From positions 873 through 64,872 of the IMG/VR virus record IMGVR_UViG_3300036880_000015: DNA of 64,000 bases; one strand, 5' to 3'. This DNA is from a virus. Its lineage: Duplodnaviria > Caudoviricetes. The notes under the pieces are model-generated. The model did not search any database, was not told the DNA's origin, and saw only the letters and a list, made by a program, of their open reading frames with translations. Below, in pieces: positions 36,725 through 45,157 of the stretch; position 1 is the stretch's first letter; every line of letters starts with the position of its first letter. The position numbers and the translations under genes were made by a program.

Positions 36725-36767
36725 TGCAAGTAACCAGACCCGCGACCAGAGCGGACAAAGGAGTGGA

Positions 36768-36959
36768 ATGAGCAACAATCGTAAAACAGAGACGTGTCCG
36801 GCCTGTGAGAGTGGATGGCTACGCCGCCAGGTTCCAAGTCCGACAAGCCCCGGCAAGATGATCACCGTTACCCGTGTCTGCCAGTATTGCGCTGGGTTAG
36901 GCAAGCGTGAGCCGCTACCGGATGCCTTGCGGGAGAGTCTTGAGAGGCAACAAGGTTGA
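36768..36959 (+). CDS. Small Zn-finger protein
   Basis: CPAC...CQYCAG.G; AAGGAG SD. Confidence 0.55.
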   Translation: MSNNRKTETCPACESGWLRRQVPSPTSPGKMITVTRVCQYCAGLGKREPLPDALRESLERQQG

Positions 36960-37072
36960 CATTCGCCGGCCAGCTCCGGCCGCGAATCGCAGTGTTGGGC
37001 CTGGTAATCCAACACCAGCCGGGCTCGCGTTAGAAGCCCGGCACGAGTTTGGAAAGGAAAGGAAAGGAACCA

Positions 37073-37189
37073 ATGAAAGCGACCGAGTTGAAGTTTCCGA
37101 AGATCAGGATGGACATGAAGCGCAGCCTTCGCCGGCGCGCGCAAGCCAGAACCCGCCAAGCGGCGCGGAGAGCGAAAGGGTGCAGGTGA
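37073..37189 (+). CDS. Basic 38-aa peptide
   Basis: MKATELKFPKIRMDMKRSLRRRAQARTRQAARRAKGCR after a triple GGAAA SD-like repeat. Confidence 0.5.
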   Translation: MKATELKFPKIRMDMKRSLRRRAQARTRQAARRAKGCR

Positions 37190-37398
37190 GCGAAGGAACG
37201 AGAGAGCGCTGTTTGGATTGTGATCGGTGGCCGTGTATCTGCGCCATTCTGATAGATGAAGACGAGGATGCCGTGGATGCTGTGCTTTGTGAAGAGTGCG
37301 GCGATGATGTTTGTGAAGGTTGCGGAAGATGCCCTGATTGCGATGGGTGCGACTGCGATGAAGACGAGGAAGATGAGGATTACTACGATGACGAGTAA
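37186..37398 (+). CDS. Cys-rich, highly acidic 70-aa protein
   Basis: 13 Cys and an Asp/Glu tail; GTGA coupling. Confidence 0.55.
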   Translation: MSEGTRERCLDCDRWPCICAILIDEDEDAVDAVLCEECGDDVCEGCGRCPDCDGCDCDEDEEDEDYYDDE

Positions 37399-37903
37399 AG
37401 GAGAAATCTTGAACTCACCCATGCTACCGATCGTTTGCAGTTTGCCGCATTGCGGGAAGACATGGACGCCGACAAACAACTGGCGCGCCATCACCGTTGA
37501 CGACGAAGAGACTATCACGATCTACAAGTGGCCAGTGGCTGAGGCTCAAGGCTTACTCTCGACTGCCCGGCTTGTTTGCGGCCCAGGCCATGCCCAGATG
37601 TGCGTCAGTGACCTGTTGATGCCGGGACCGTCGAAGGATCGGGAATCGACGCTGGTACTGAAGCCACCGTTGACGCGGGAAGGGACGGCGCCACCGCCAG
37701 AAGTTGCTCTCTCCCCCGCCGATGGCGAATGTCTCGGTCCCAGTACATCAGATCCTCTTTTGTCAGCAGCAGCCGCTCCGGAACCCGGTACGTCCGCGTC
37801 TCAACAATCTTCCCCTCAACCTCATCCACAACCATCGAGCCCGTCTCCAGAAGGCCCAGGTCCAGTAGCAGATTCAGCCGGCGAGCCTGCCGCTTTTCGT
37901 TGA
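37388..37903 (+). CDS. Zn-binding hypothetical protein with low-complexity tail
   Basis: C....CGK....NNW...VCGPGHA motif. Confidence 0.5.
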   Translation: MTSKGEILNSPMLPIVCSLPHCGKTWTPTNNWRAITVDDEETITIYKWPVAEAQGLLSTARLVCGPGHAQMCVSDLLMPGPSKDRESTLVLKPPLTREGTAPPPEVALSPADGECLGPSTSDPLLSAAAAPEPGTSASQQSSPQPHPQPSSPSPEGPGPVADSAGEPAAFR

Positions 37904-38051
37904 AGCCGTAGAGTTCCACCAGCCGGTGCAGGGAGATTGCCCGGAAGTGCGACAGTTCAAAGTCGCAGAGCATTTGCAGGAACATCCGGAGCGCCACCTC
38001 GGGCATGTAGTCCGGATTCGATAGTTTGCGATAGGCAACCAAGTTCAGCAT
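37605..38051 (-). CDS. Winged-HTH protein (RepL-like)
   Basis: ISLHRLVELYG...ARRLNLLLDLGLLETG...RTYRV. Confidence 0.5.
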   Translation of the reverse strand: MLNLVAYRKLSNPDYMPEVALRMFLQMLCDFELSHFRAISLHRLVELYGFNEKRQARRLNLLLDLGLLETGSMVVDEVEGKIVETRTYRVPERLLLTKEDLMYWDRDIRHRRGREQLLAVAPSLPASTVASVPASIPDPSTVPASTGH

Positions 38052-38345
38052 GAAGAAAGGATATACCCAAATGGCAAGCCAAAATTGTAAACCTTTTGAG
38101 AAACGCCGTTTGCTTATAGGCGACGATCCTCACGGCTTCAATCTCCGTCGTCATCCCCGCAATGCTCCTGCGGTACGAGCGGCTGGGCGGCATGAGGAAA
38201 AGTGCAAGATGGACGGATTTACACAAGACTTAATGGACGATACTCCGGACGGGGATGTGTGCTGCGGGTTTTGCTGCTCGGCTTGCGATTGGATACGGGA
38301 GTTCGCGTACATCGGGAAGCATCGGCGCGGAAAGGATACACTCAG

Positions 38346-38645
38346 ATGAGCGAAGCATTAAAACCGTGCTGGTGCGGGGCGAAAGCGTACTTGAACACGA
38401 TTGTCCGCGAAGGTTGGCAGGGAAGGTCTGGGGTATATGTGTCCTGCCAACGTAAATCATGCGCTTTGCATGGCCGCGTCTATTCGACTCGGATTAAAGC
38501 CGTCGCCGCATGGAACACGCGCCCGGTCGAAGATGCGCTGGCCGGTGCGCTGAAATTCGTGCAGGAGCACTGTCAACTCTACGGCGCAGCGGACGCGGCA
38601 CGGGAGAAGATCGACGCCGCGCTCAGAAAGGCTGGCGTGCTGTGA
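38346..38645 (+). CDS. Lar-family restriction alleviation protein
   Basis: LKPCWCG.KA...VSC...C...AVAAWNTR. Confidence 0.7.
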   Translation: MSEALKPCWCGAKAYLNTIVREGWQGRSGVYVSCQRKSCALHGRVYSTRIKAVAAWNTRPVEDALAGALKFVQEHCQLYGAADAAREKIDAALRKAGVL

Positions 38646-39409
38646 CCCACGAACCCAACTTTAACCTGATCGATGCCTTAGTCCATCATCGCGACGTGCC
38701 CTACTTCCCTTGGTCCGGAGTCTCTGAGGACCGCTGGGCAGCGCAAGACGCCGTGGTGACCCTCTACGCAGCCCTGCAGCTCCCCAAGCCCCGCATGGCC
38801 TGGTGCCCGTCGCCCGCGGCCATGTTCCGCGCGAGCCGGATGCTGCGCACAATCCAGCACGGGACCGCCTACCAGATGGTTCAAAGCCTCGTGCCCATGG
38901 ACGGTGACCGAATCGAGCGCGAGGCCCGCGTGTCACTGCTGGCCGCCATGATCGATCAGGATGTGGTCACGCAATCCGGCGGCCTGCTGATCGGCATGAT
39001 TCAAGGGGTCTTCGGAAAAAATGTTTACAACATCGAGGCGCTTTGCGACCTCAAGAACCGGATTCAGTTCAAAGACCAAGACCCATCGGGCAGTGTTGCG
39101 CCTGCGCGCTTCTCCGAGCAATGCCTCTGGCCCGTCTTCTATCCCGGCTTCCATGTACCGCGGCTTGATCCTCTCCAGCGCCAGGCGCTCATCATCATGC
39201 CTTTCGCGAAGCTTTGCTGGCTCTGCCGGCCGCCGCTGTTCGTGAAGACGGACGAGTTTGGCTACCTGCACTGCGCAACCGGCCCGGCCGCTGAGTGGTC
39301 CGACGGGTTCCAAGTGTTCTGCGACCGCACGCCTCCCGAGGAGCGCGAGAAGTTGAAGGCCGCGGAGATGCTGGCGCTGCCGGCGGGGGAGGGCGATCAT
39401 GCCGAATAA
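38642..39409 (+). CDS. DUF6745-like protein
   Basis: P....WCPSP and CWLCRPP...DEFGYLHCATGPAAEWSDGF motifs. Confidence 0.7.
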   Translation: MTHEPNFNLIDALVHHRDVPYFPWSGVSEDRWAAQDAVVTLYAALQLPKPRMAWCPSPAAMFRASRMLRTIQHGTAYQMVQSLVPMDGDRIEREARVSLLAAMIDQDVVTQSGGLLIGMIQGVFGKNVYNIEALCDLKNRIQFKDQDPSGSVAPARFSEQCLWPVFYPGFHVPRLDPLQRQALIIMPFAKLCWLCRPPLFVKTDEFGYLHCATGPAAEWSDGFQVFCDRTPPEEREKLKAAEMLALPAGEGDHAE

Positions 39410-39614
39410 TTTGCGGCCATGCCCCTTTTGCGGCAATTCTGCAATGTGGGCGGCATCGCCATTTGAGGGAGACTTCGAGATCCAATGCTCATATCAAGAC
39501 TGCGAGGTGTTGATTATCTGCGGAGGAAAGACTGAAGCTCAAGCCGCGGCCAAGTGGAACCATCGCTGCCCCGATCCATGGAAGGCACCGCCGCCTTGCG
39601 AGGTGCTTCTATGA
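39399..39614 (+). CDS. Lar-family restriction alleviation protein
   Basis: LRPCPFCG...IQC...C...AAAKWNHR. Confidence 0.75.
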   Translation: MPNNLRPCPFCGNSAMWAASPFEGDFEIQCSYQDCEVLIICGGKTEAQAAAKWNHRCPDPWKAPPPCEVLL

Positions 39615-39699
39615 CCTGGCCCCAGATCGTCGCCCTGCCGTGCGCTATGCTGGTTGTCGCTTTCATACGTGTGGGGATCGAACTGTTGAGGCGGAAACC

Positions 39700-40032
39700 C
39701 TAGACTACAAGTTGCGGATTCTGGACTGTAGATAGAGCCGCTTCGACTGGCAAAGTGTACTGGATGAAAGTGCAGATTTCGCACATGATCAGCATCACCA
39801 GAGAGTTGGTATCTTCGTCATACTCCTGCTGAAGCATGGGACTGTTTTGATAGTGACCGCAGCCCGCCGCCATTGACCCTGAGAGCTCGCTGAACGGGTG
39901 CGTCGAGAAGTAATCGACGCCCGTAGCTTGAGCTGGGAATACTTGAGTCCCTGGACCGCCGGGCTGCCGAAACAGCCCGTTCGGCCCGTTAGGTCGGACG
40001 TACATCGTGCCTATGGTCCAAGAATTTGCCAT
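39700..40032 (-). CDS. Hypothetical Zn-binding protein
   Basis: GCGH...CEIC. Confidence 0.55.
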   Translation of the reverse strand: MANSWTIGTMYVRPNGPNGLFRQPGGPGTQVFPAQATGVDYFSTHPFSELSGSMAAGCGHYQNSPMLQQEYDEDTNSLVMLIMCEICTFIQYTLPVEAALSTVQNPQLVV

Positions 40033-40034
40033 CG

Positions 40035-40553
40035 TTAGCTACTCGTGACCGCCACCAGCGCGTCCTTGACTTGCTTGGCAATATACTCTGCCGGATCTTC
40101 GCCGGCTCCGTCGGCCCAGCTAAGGAGCGGCGTTGCCTCATCCACGTCGAGCGTCACCCCTAGCCGAATCCCGCCGCCAGGCAGCCGCTCAAGCCCTACC
40201 GGGATGCCGGCCTTGGCTTGGTCCTTCAGCATCCTTGCCACACCCAGGTCGATGCGCAGCTCGCTGATCGTCTCGTTCTTCTTCTTGCTGTACTCGACCA
40301 GCTCATCGATTTTGGCGTTCTTCGCCGTGATGGTCTCGTTGAGCGCGATGATGGTGGCGCCGGCCGCTTCTGCTTCTTCCTTGAAGCGCTGAACGTCTTC
40401 CCTCATGCCGGTGATGAACTCGTCGACAGTCTGGCCGTAAACGGTCATGGTGTCGCGCTGGGCGATGAACGGCTGCGCCTGGGCCTCGCCGGCCTCGGGC
40501 GCCGGAACATCAAACGATTCGCCGGCTTTCAGGTTTCTCGGTGGATTTGCCAT
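40035..40553 (-). CDS. Coiled-coil protein with C-terminal RHH-like segment
   Basis: GAGG SD; LGVTLDVDEATPLLSWA...AEYIAKQV. Confidence 0.55.
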   Translation of the reverse strand: MANPPRNLKAGESFDVPAPEAGEAQAQPFIAQRDTMTVYGQTVDEFITGMREDVQRFKEEAEAAGATIIALNETITAKNAKIDELVEYSKKKNETISELRIDLGVARMLKDQAKAGIPVGLERLPGGGIRLGVTLDVDEATPLLSWADGAGEDPAEYIAKQVKDALVAVTSS

Positions 40554-40558
40554 GTGTT

Positions 40559-40753
40559 TCACCTCGTCTTGGTTTTTCGGTAGGCCTTGCGGTGTTTGGA
40601 TCTGCGGCGGTTATTTAGGACGGCTGCAATACGTTGGCGATCGGCGCGCTTCTTGTCAAACCGTCTTTTGGTACGGGCATACGTCTTCCCGCGGCCAAAC
40701 TCTTCAAAGTTCCGTTTCGTGACGGCCTTGGACGTTCCTTTTGCCAGCGGCAT
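40559..40753 (-). CDS. Small highly basic phage protein
   Basis: MPLAKGTSKAVTKRNFEEF...QRIAAVL, Arg/Lys tail; GGAGG SD. Confidence 0.65.
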   Translation of the reverse strand: MPLAKGTSKAVTKRNFEEFGRGKTYARTKRRFDKKRADRQRIAAVLNNRRRSKHRKAYRKTKTR

Positions 40754-40891
40754 ACCCACCTCCAGCCTATTTTCGCCAGTCTACCACAAAAGGTTCGCGG
40801 CGGGAGCCGGCTGCGGCTACCTTGCGCCTCTGAGCAATCCGAGACAGCCATCCCGCCCCGCCTGCGGTACGCTTGCGGTGAGGTGTACCCC

Positions 40892-41038
40892 ATGCTGACC
40901 CTGATCCTGCTCGTTCTCGCCTTCGTGTGCGAACTGCTCGCCGCTTTCTGGACCCCGCAGCCGCCCCGCGTCAACCTGATTGCCGCTGGCCTCGCTGCAT
41001 ACTTTCTGTCTGTCATCGCCGCTTCGCACGGCCTGTAA
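40892..41038 (+). CDS. Small two-TM membrane protein
   Basis: MLTLILLVLAFVCELLAAF...NLIAAGLAAYFLSVI; GAGG SD; opposite strand to its neighbours. Confidence 0.6.
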   Translation: MLTLILLVLAFVCELLAAFWTPQPPRVNLIAAGLAAYFLSVIAASHGL

Positions 41039-41099
41039 GCGCACGAAAACCGGAGCATGACGCCCCGGCCCCGTGCCTGCTCTAGTTCCGTGTCTCCTT

Positions 41100-41339
41100 T
41101 CAGGTGGGATTACTTGCGCGGAACTCAGGCTTCCTGTCCCGCCGCCGGATGTACTCGTAGCGAATCGCGGCCTCGATCTGTCCCTCATACACGCGGTAAT
41201 CTTCCGCCAACCATGCTACAGACTTTCCAGATGCAAAACTCGCGGCGATAGAGGAGGTAGGAATTCGTCTACCTTCGATGCAGGGCGTTCCCGACATCAC
41301 ATCCCACTGGGCGGTGATACCTGGGGCTAGTCTTCTCAT
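41100..41339 (-). CDS. DUF433-domain protein (antitoxin-like)
   Basis: PGIT...VMSGTPCIEGRRIP...G.S...LAEDY.....IEAAIRY. Confidence 0.8.
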   Translation of the reverse strand: MRRLAPGITAQWDVMSGTPCIEGRRIPTSSIAASFASGKSVAWLAEDYRVYEGQIEAAIRYEYIRRRDRKPEFRASNPT

Positions 41340-41845
41340 TTCAAAGCCCTCGCCGTCCAGGTCTGTAGGTAGTGGGCCAGTTCCGGCTTCGCGGCTGCAA
41401 TGGCCTTGTAGTGCGCGACACGCTTATCCTTGAAAGCCTCCACGAGCGCATCTGGATCGTCAGCGTTTACCCCTACTACCGTGTGCGGCCCCCATTGACC
41501 ATCGACAACTAACGGAGGGTAAGAGTTCACCGCTTCCTGCAAGCACCGCACAGCCGCCACACTACCGGCATTCACGCTGAAATCGAACACGCGCTTGGCC
41601 ACTTCGTCGCTGGTCAGTTGCGAGTACCAGGCGCTCCAAAAGTTCTGCGAATAAAATGATTCTACCTGCGCCCCTCGCTCGGCTTGGGGAAGTGCCGCTA
41701 TTGTCGCGTACCACACGGGAAAAGATGCGCTATTGATACCTGCGCATGCAAAGGCGCCAGGAGGAGCATCTGGTACGACCTTGTACTCGCGGTTGCGGTC
41801 CTCCGAATCGAGCATCCAGTTGTAACAAACTTCAAACGATGCCAT
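41336..41845 (-). CDS. Endolysin, glycoside hydrolase family 108
   Basis: F...LDSE, GI, FY...FW, VFDFSVNAG, LQ, VDG.WGP.T and W..RA motifs; AGGAG SD. Confidence 0.85.
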   Translation of the reverse strand: MASFEVCYNWMLDSEDRNREYKVVPDAPPGAFACAGINSASFPVWYATIAALPQAERGAQVESFYSQNFWSAWYSQLTSDEVAKRVFDFSVNAGSVAAVRCLQEAVNSYPPLVVDGQWGPHTVVGVNADDPDALVEAFKDKRVAHYKAIAAAKPELAHYLQTWTARALK

Positions 41846-41975
41846 TCTCACTCCTAAACTCAGCAGCGCCCCGAAGGACGCTGCCGGTTGAACTGGAGCC
41901 GGTTGCCCACTCAAGGGCTAATCATTGGATATGCGACCGCCTAAGCGAATCATCCGCAGATTCCCGGCAAAATGG

Positions 41976-42131
41976 TTACTGCGTCCATGCCCCCGTTTGC
42001 AGGTATACCATGCAGCGCATCGCGCCGTAGGGTATGGCGACAATGCTGTACATGACGCATAGTGCCCAGCACAACGGCCATAGCGGAGTCAAGCCGAGAC
42101 AGGCAAAGCCGATGATGATGAGCGCCTTCAT
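41976..42131 (-). CDS. Small membrane protein
   Basis: Hydrophobic 51 aa; GGAGG SD. Confidence 0.45.
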   Translation of the reverse strand: MKALIIIGFACLGLTPLWPLCWALCVMYSIVAIPYGAMRCMVYLQTGAWTQ

Positions 42132-42132
42132 G

Positions 42133-42390
42133 TTAAGCTGAACCTCCGTGCATCCCCAGCGGTCCTGAGAACTTGAACGTCTTCGCCGCGTCCCCAAGTT
42201 CTTTGACTGCATCCGCGATCTCTTGGATGCTAGTTTGCGCCACCGGGATCTCCGTCTGAATCGCCGCGGCCGTAGTGGAAACCTTGTCTGCCAGCGTCGA
42301 GTATTTCTGGACCGCCAAGCGGAGATCAGCGATTAAGCCGTCGATCTCCGCTTGCGTTGCCGGGGGGAGCGTGATGGTGAATGCGGCCAT
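42133..42390 (-). CDS. Hypothetical protein (lysis region)
   Basis: AGGAGG SD; helical. Confidence 0.55.
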   Translation of the reverse strand: MAAFTITLPPATQAEIDGLIADLRLAVQKYSTLADKVSTTAAAIQTEIPVAQTSIQEIADAVKELGDAAKTFKFSGPLGMHGGSA

Positions 42391-42401
42391 GGTGCCTCCT
42401 G

Positions 42402-42647
42402 TTACTGAGTTGGCGCGTCCAGATTCAGGGTTACCTTGAGCGCCTGCACGTCGGCTACGGTGATCTCAGCTACGCCACTTGCTGTTGACCACGCCTTGAG
42501 TGCGATATTCGCCAGCGCTTCGAGTTCTGTGACGGCCGCGACGGGAAGCGCCAGAGCTGGGTCAAGTGTTGTGATGGTAGACATGACCGCGTTGGAAACG
42601 GCCTCAACTTCCTGCACAATTGTGATAACCTGTCCGACTGTTGCCAT
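42402..42647 (-). CDS. Hypothetical protein (lysis region)
   Basis: TAATG coupling; amphipathic. Confidence 0.55.
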   Translation of the reverse strand: MATVGQVITIVQEVEAVSNAVMSTITTLDPALALPVAAVTELEALANIALKAWSTASGVAEITVADVQALKVTLNLDAPTQ

Positions 42648-43003
42648 TACTTCACCCCCTGGTAGAGTGCCTTGACATCGGTAATGAGCGCCGGGAGATT
42701 CGCCAGCGCAATGGTTACATCGTTCTGAGCGGCTGTAAGGCTTGCCGTGGTGCCGCCCGCCGCCTTTGCCTCTTCATACGTCACCATCAGATCGACGGCA
42801 GCATTGTGGGCTTGCGCGGCTTTGGTGATGGTATCGTGCGCGGCCTGGGTCTGCGGGATGGCCTTCGCGTTGTAGTCGGTCTGCGCCTGGTTGATGGTTG
42901 CCTGGGTTGCCGAGAGCGTCTGGTATGTCGTCTTCTCCCAAGACGAGCAACCGACTGTCAGCGTCAGCATTGCAAGAGCGGTCAGCATTGCGATTCGTTT
43001 CAT
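42647..43003 (-). CDS. Lipoprotein (possible spanin component)
   Basis: MKRIAMLTALAMLTLTVG-C lipobox; helical mature part. Confidence 0.65.
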   Translation of the reverse strand: MKRIAMLTALAMLTLTVGCSSWEKTTYQTLSATQATINQAQTDYNAKAIPQTQAAHDTITKAAQAHNAAVDLMVTYEEAKAAGGTTASLTAAQNDVTIALANLPALITDVKALYQGVK

Positions 43004-43037
43004 GGTTCCTGTCTCCTGTGCTGCGGGTTGTGGTGCG

Positions 43038-43337
43038 TTACTTGATTGATGCCGCGTCTACTGGCGTTGGCGTCGGAACCGGCCCGGTGGTCTGCAAAGT
43101 GACGACTGCGGGAGTGGTTTGCGCCGGGATGTTTGGATCGGACTGCACGTAATTCTGGAGCATCCCAACCCATACGCGAGCGATCAGACCAGCGCAAGTC
43201 AACGCACCGGCAAAAGCCGCCGCCTTCGGGCTATTCATGGCTGCGAGATAAGCCGTTAATGGCCCCACTGCACCGATAAAAGCCGACAGCGAACCGGCTG
43301 CGGTTGTCTTCCAATCATTGCCTACGAGTACCTTCAT
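43038..43337 (-). CDS. Holin-like protein
   Basis: DWKTT.AG motif, two TM segments, near the endolysin. Confidence 0.6.
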   Translation of the reverse strand: MKVLVGNDWKTTAAGSLSAFIGAVGPLTAYLAAMNSPKAAAFAGALTCAGLIARVWVGMLQNYVQSDPNIPAQTTPAVVTLQTTGPVPTPTPVDAASIK

Positions 43338-43456
43338 GATACGTGTCCTTCCTCTTTCAGTTTCTTCAAAGCATCCTTGACTTGCTCGTGCGTTGGCTCC
43401 GGCGCGGGCTTGCGCGGCGGAGCTGGTTTCTTCGGCGGCTTAGGCGGTTCGGTCAT
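43334..43456 (-). CDS. Pro/Lys-rich 40-aa peptide
   Basis: MTEPPKPPKKPAPPRKPAPEPTHEQVKDALKKLKEEGHVS; GGAG SD; ATGA coupling. Confidence 0.5.
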   Translation of the reverse strand: MTEPPKPPKKPAPPRKPAPEPTHEQVKDALKKLKEEGHVS

Positions 43457-43469
43457 GGAGTTGCTCCGG

Positions 43470-43838
43470 TCAGTTTCCAACACACTCGCAGCTTGTTCCA
43501 AGACACTGGCAGTTTGGCATCATATGGGGAATAGATTTCGCTTGCGATTCCTCCGGGACAATCGCCTTGAAGTCTGTGCTGAACTCGAATCCGGAAGCCC
43601 ACTGTGAGCCACACCAGAACCCCACGTTCTTCTCCGCCGCACAGACGGGGTCAAGGTACTTCACCTTCAGTACGTCTTTGAGCGCGTTGATCTTGGTGTC
43701 GATTGCGGCTCTCTGCGTGTAGAGATCAGCAGCGGCCTGCGCGTCGGCGGGCGACAACACGACCACCTGCGCGGTCTGCGCGTACAGCGCCGGAGCGAGC
43801 AGCAGGGTGAGAATCATTGCGATGGTGCGTGGGTTCAT
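43470..43838 (-). CDS. Secreted hypothetical protein
   Basis: Signal peptide MNPRTIAMILTLLLAPALYA-Q. Confidence 0.6.
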   Translation of the reverse strand: MNPRTIAMILTLLLAPALYAQTAQVVVLSPADAQAAADLYTQRAAIDTKINALKDVLKVKYLDPVCAAEKNVGFWCGSQWASGFEFSTDFKAIVPEESQAKSIPHMMPNCQCLGTSCECVGN

Positions 43839-44008
43839 GGCTTGGCCTTCCCTTGCGCGGCGGTTGTTACGGCTGTACGTTCCTTACGTTTCATATTCCA
43901 CCAATGCGAAAGAGCAAAGGAGGCGAGTGTTTCGATAGTCTGACCGCGATCTGCTGCCAGAGATTTGATCTGGCGATGCAGCTCGTCGGTAATCTTGACT
44001 GTCTTCAT
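43835..44008 (-). CDS. Ribbon-helix-helix protein (57 aa)
   Basis: Manual translation MKTVKITDELHRQIKSLAADRGQTIETLASFAL... Confidence 0.7.
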   Translation of the reverse strand: MKTVKITDELHRQIKSLAADRGQTIETLASFALSHWWNMKRKERTAVTTAAQGKAKP

Positions 44009-44015
44009 GTAGCGT

Positions 44016-44045
44016 ACTTTACTACTTTGCTACCGCACCTGTCAA
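44016..44045 (-). promoter_or_regulatory. Sigma70-like promoter (leaderless)
   Basis: TTGACA-18-TAAAGT-7 nt-ATG(44008). Confidence 0.65.
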
Positions 44046-44158
44046 GCCTGATCTTCCGGCTCCGGTTCGGGCTGCTCCGGGGCTGGCTTTGGCGCACATG
44101 GGATGATCGGCTCTGGCGGAGGCTGTCCAGGCTTGGGGATTTGAACGGGTTCTGACAT
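44042..44158 (-). CDS. Pro/Glu-rich 38-aa peptide
   Basis: MSEPVQIPKPGQPPPEPIIPCAPKPAPEQPEPEPEDQA; AAGGAG SD. Confidence 0.5.
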   Translation of the reverse strand: MSEPVQIPKPGQPPPEPIIPCAPKPAPEQPEPEPEDQA

Positions 44159-44170
44159 AGCGGTTCTCCT

Positions 44171-44638
44171 TTACCAGTTTGGGTGGTTAATGGTTGAGTC
44201 TTGCGGGGGAGGGGCTACTTTTGTTTCATAGATTGTACCGGCGAACGGGTCCGCCTTGCTGTGCGGCTTCGGTGGAAGCGCAACAAAGCCTTCTTCGCTT
44301 TCCATTGGCGGAAGATAGTGGTGCGGAGAATCCGGTATCCGCAACTTGTTTTTCATTTGATCCAGGTCTTGAATCACCTGATCGAGTTTCGCATCGTGCT
44401 TGCTCAACATCGCTTCGCGCTTGGCGTCGGTCTCGGTAAGTTTCTGAATCTGCTTCTCGTGCTCGTCGAGTTGGTCGATTACATGGCTGATAGAATATCC
44501 GATTTTAACCAGACCGCCGCATACGCCACCCACTCCAATGACTATCGATAGGAGGAGCGCAAACATCTTCACGTCTCGATTCAAAACTACCAGAGCGGCA
44601 GCAACTAGGTTTTTCTGTTCTTTCGTCTCTTCGGCCAT
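44171..44638 (-). CDS. Membrane protein with coiled coil
   Basis: One TM segment then heptad repeats. Confidence 0.55.
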   Translation of the reverse strand: MAEETKEQKNLVAAALVVLNRDVKMFALLLSIVIGVGGVCGGLVKIGYSISHVIDQLDEHEKQIQKLTETDAKREAMLSKHDAKLDQVIQDLDQMKNKLRIPDSPHHYLPPMESEEGFVALPPKPHSKADPFAGTIYETKVAPPPQDSTINHPNW

Positions 44639-44718
44639 CTGCTTTACCTCGTTCCCGCAACTTCCAGCCGTCCCGATTCTACGGAGCCATTACTGCATAA
44701 GGCCGGTTCTACCTTACC

Positions 44719-45051
44719 TCAATGCCGCCTACTTATCTGCCTCAATCTGCACACCCGGTTCCTTCGATGCTTAACAAACAGCGATATTGCCCACCCGATA
44801 ATTCCGCCGAGTCCCGTTGCTCCGACTGCAATCCCAACCATTTTCCAGCGCCAGTTCTCAAGCGCCGTCACTCGATCAGTAAGAACCGGCAGGCCTTTTG
44901 TGCGCTCCTCAATCAAACAGACTTTCGTACTAATATCTCCTAAGAGTCGCGTATGTTCAGTGAGGAGAGCGGTCTGCGCCTGCTCTCGTTCGCGCAGCAG
45001 CCCTGCAAGCTGAGTCGCCAACGCGGTTTGATTTTCCTCTGTCTCGCTCAT
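44719..45051 (-). CDS. XhlA-like coiled-coil/TM protein
   Basis: RVTALENWRWKMVGIAVG C-terminal TM. Confidence 0.55.
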   Translation of the reverse strand: MSETEENQTALATQLAGLLREREQAQTALLTEHTRLLGDISTKVCLIEERTKGLPVLTDRVTALENWRWKMVGIAVGATGLGGIIGWAISLFVKHRRNRVCRLRQISRRH

Positions 45052-45157
45052 CTCTACTCACCACCTTGCGACTGTCAAATTGATCCCGGCCCGTTCTCGG
45101 CCCGTCACTGCTTCAAGCACATCGCCCAAACCTGCGCGTCCGTGTTCCGCGTGCAGA

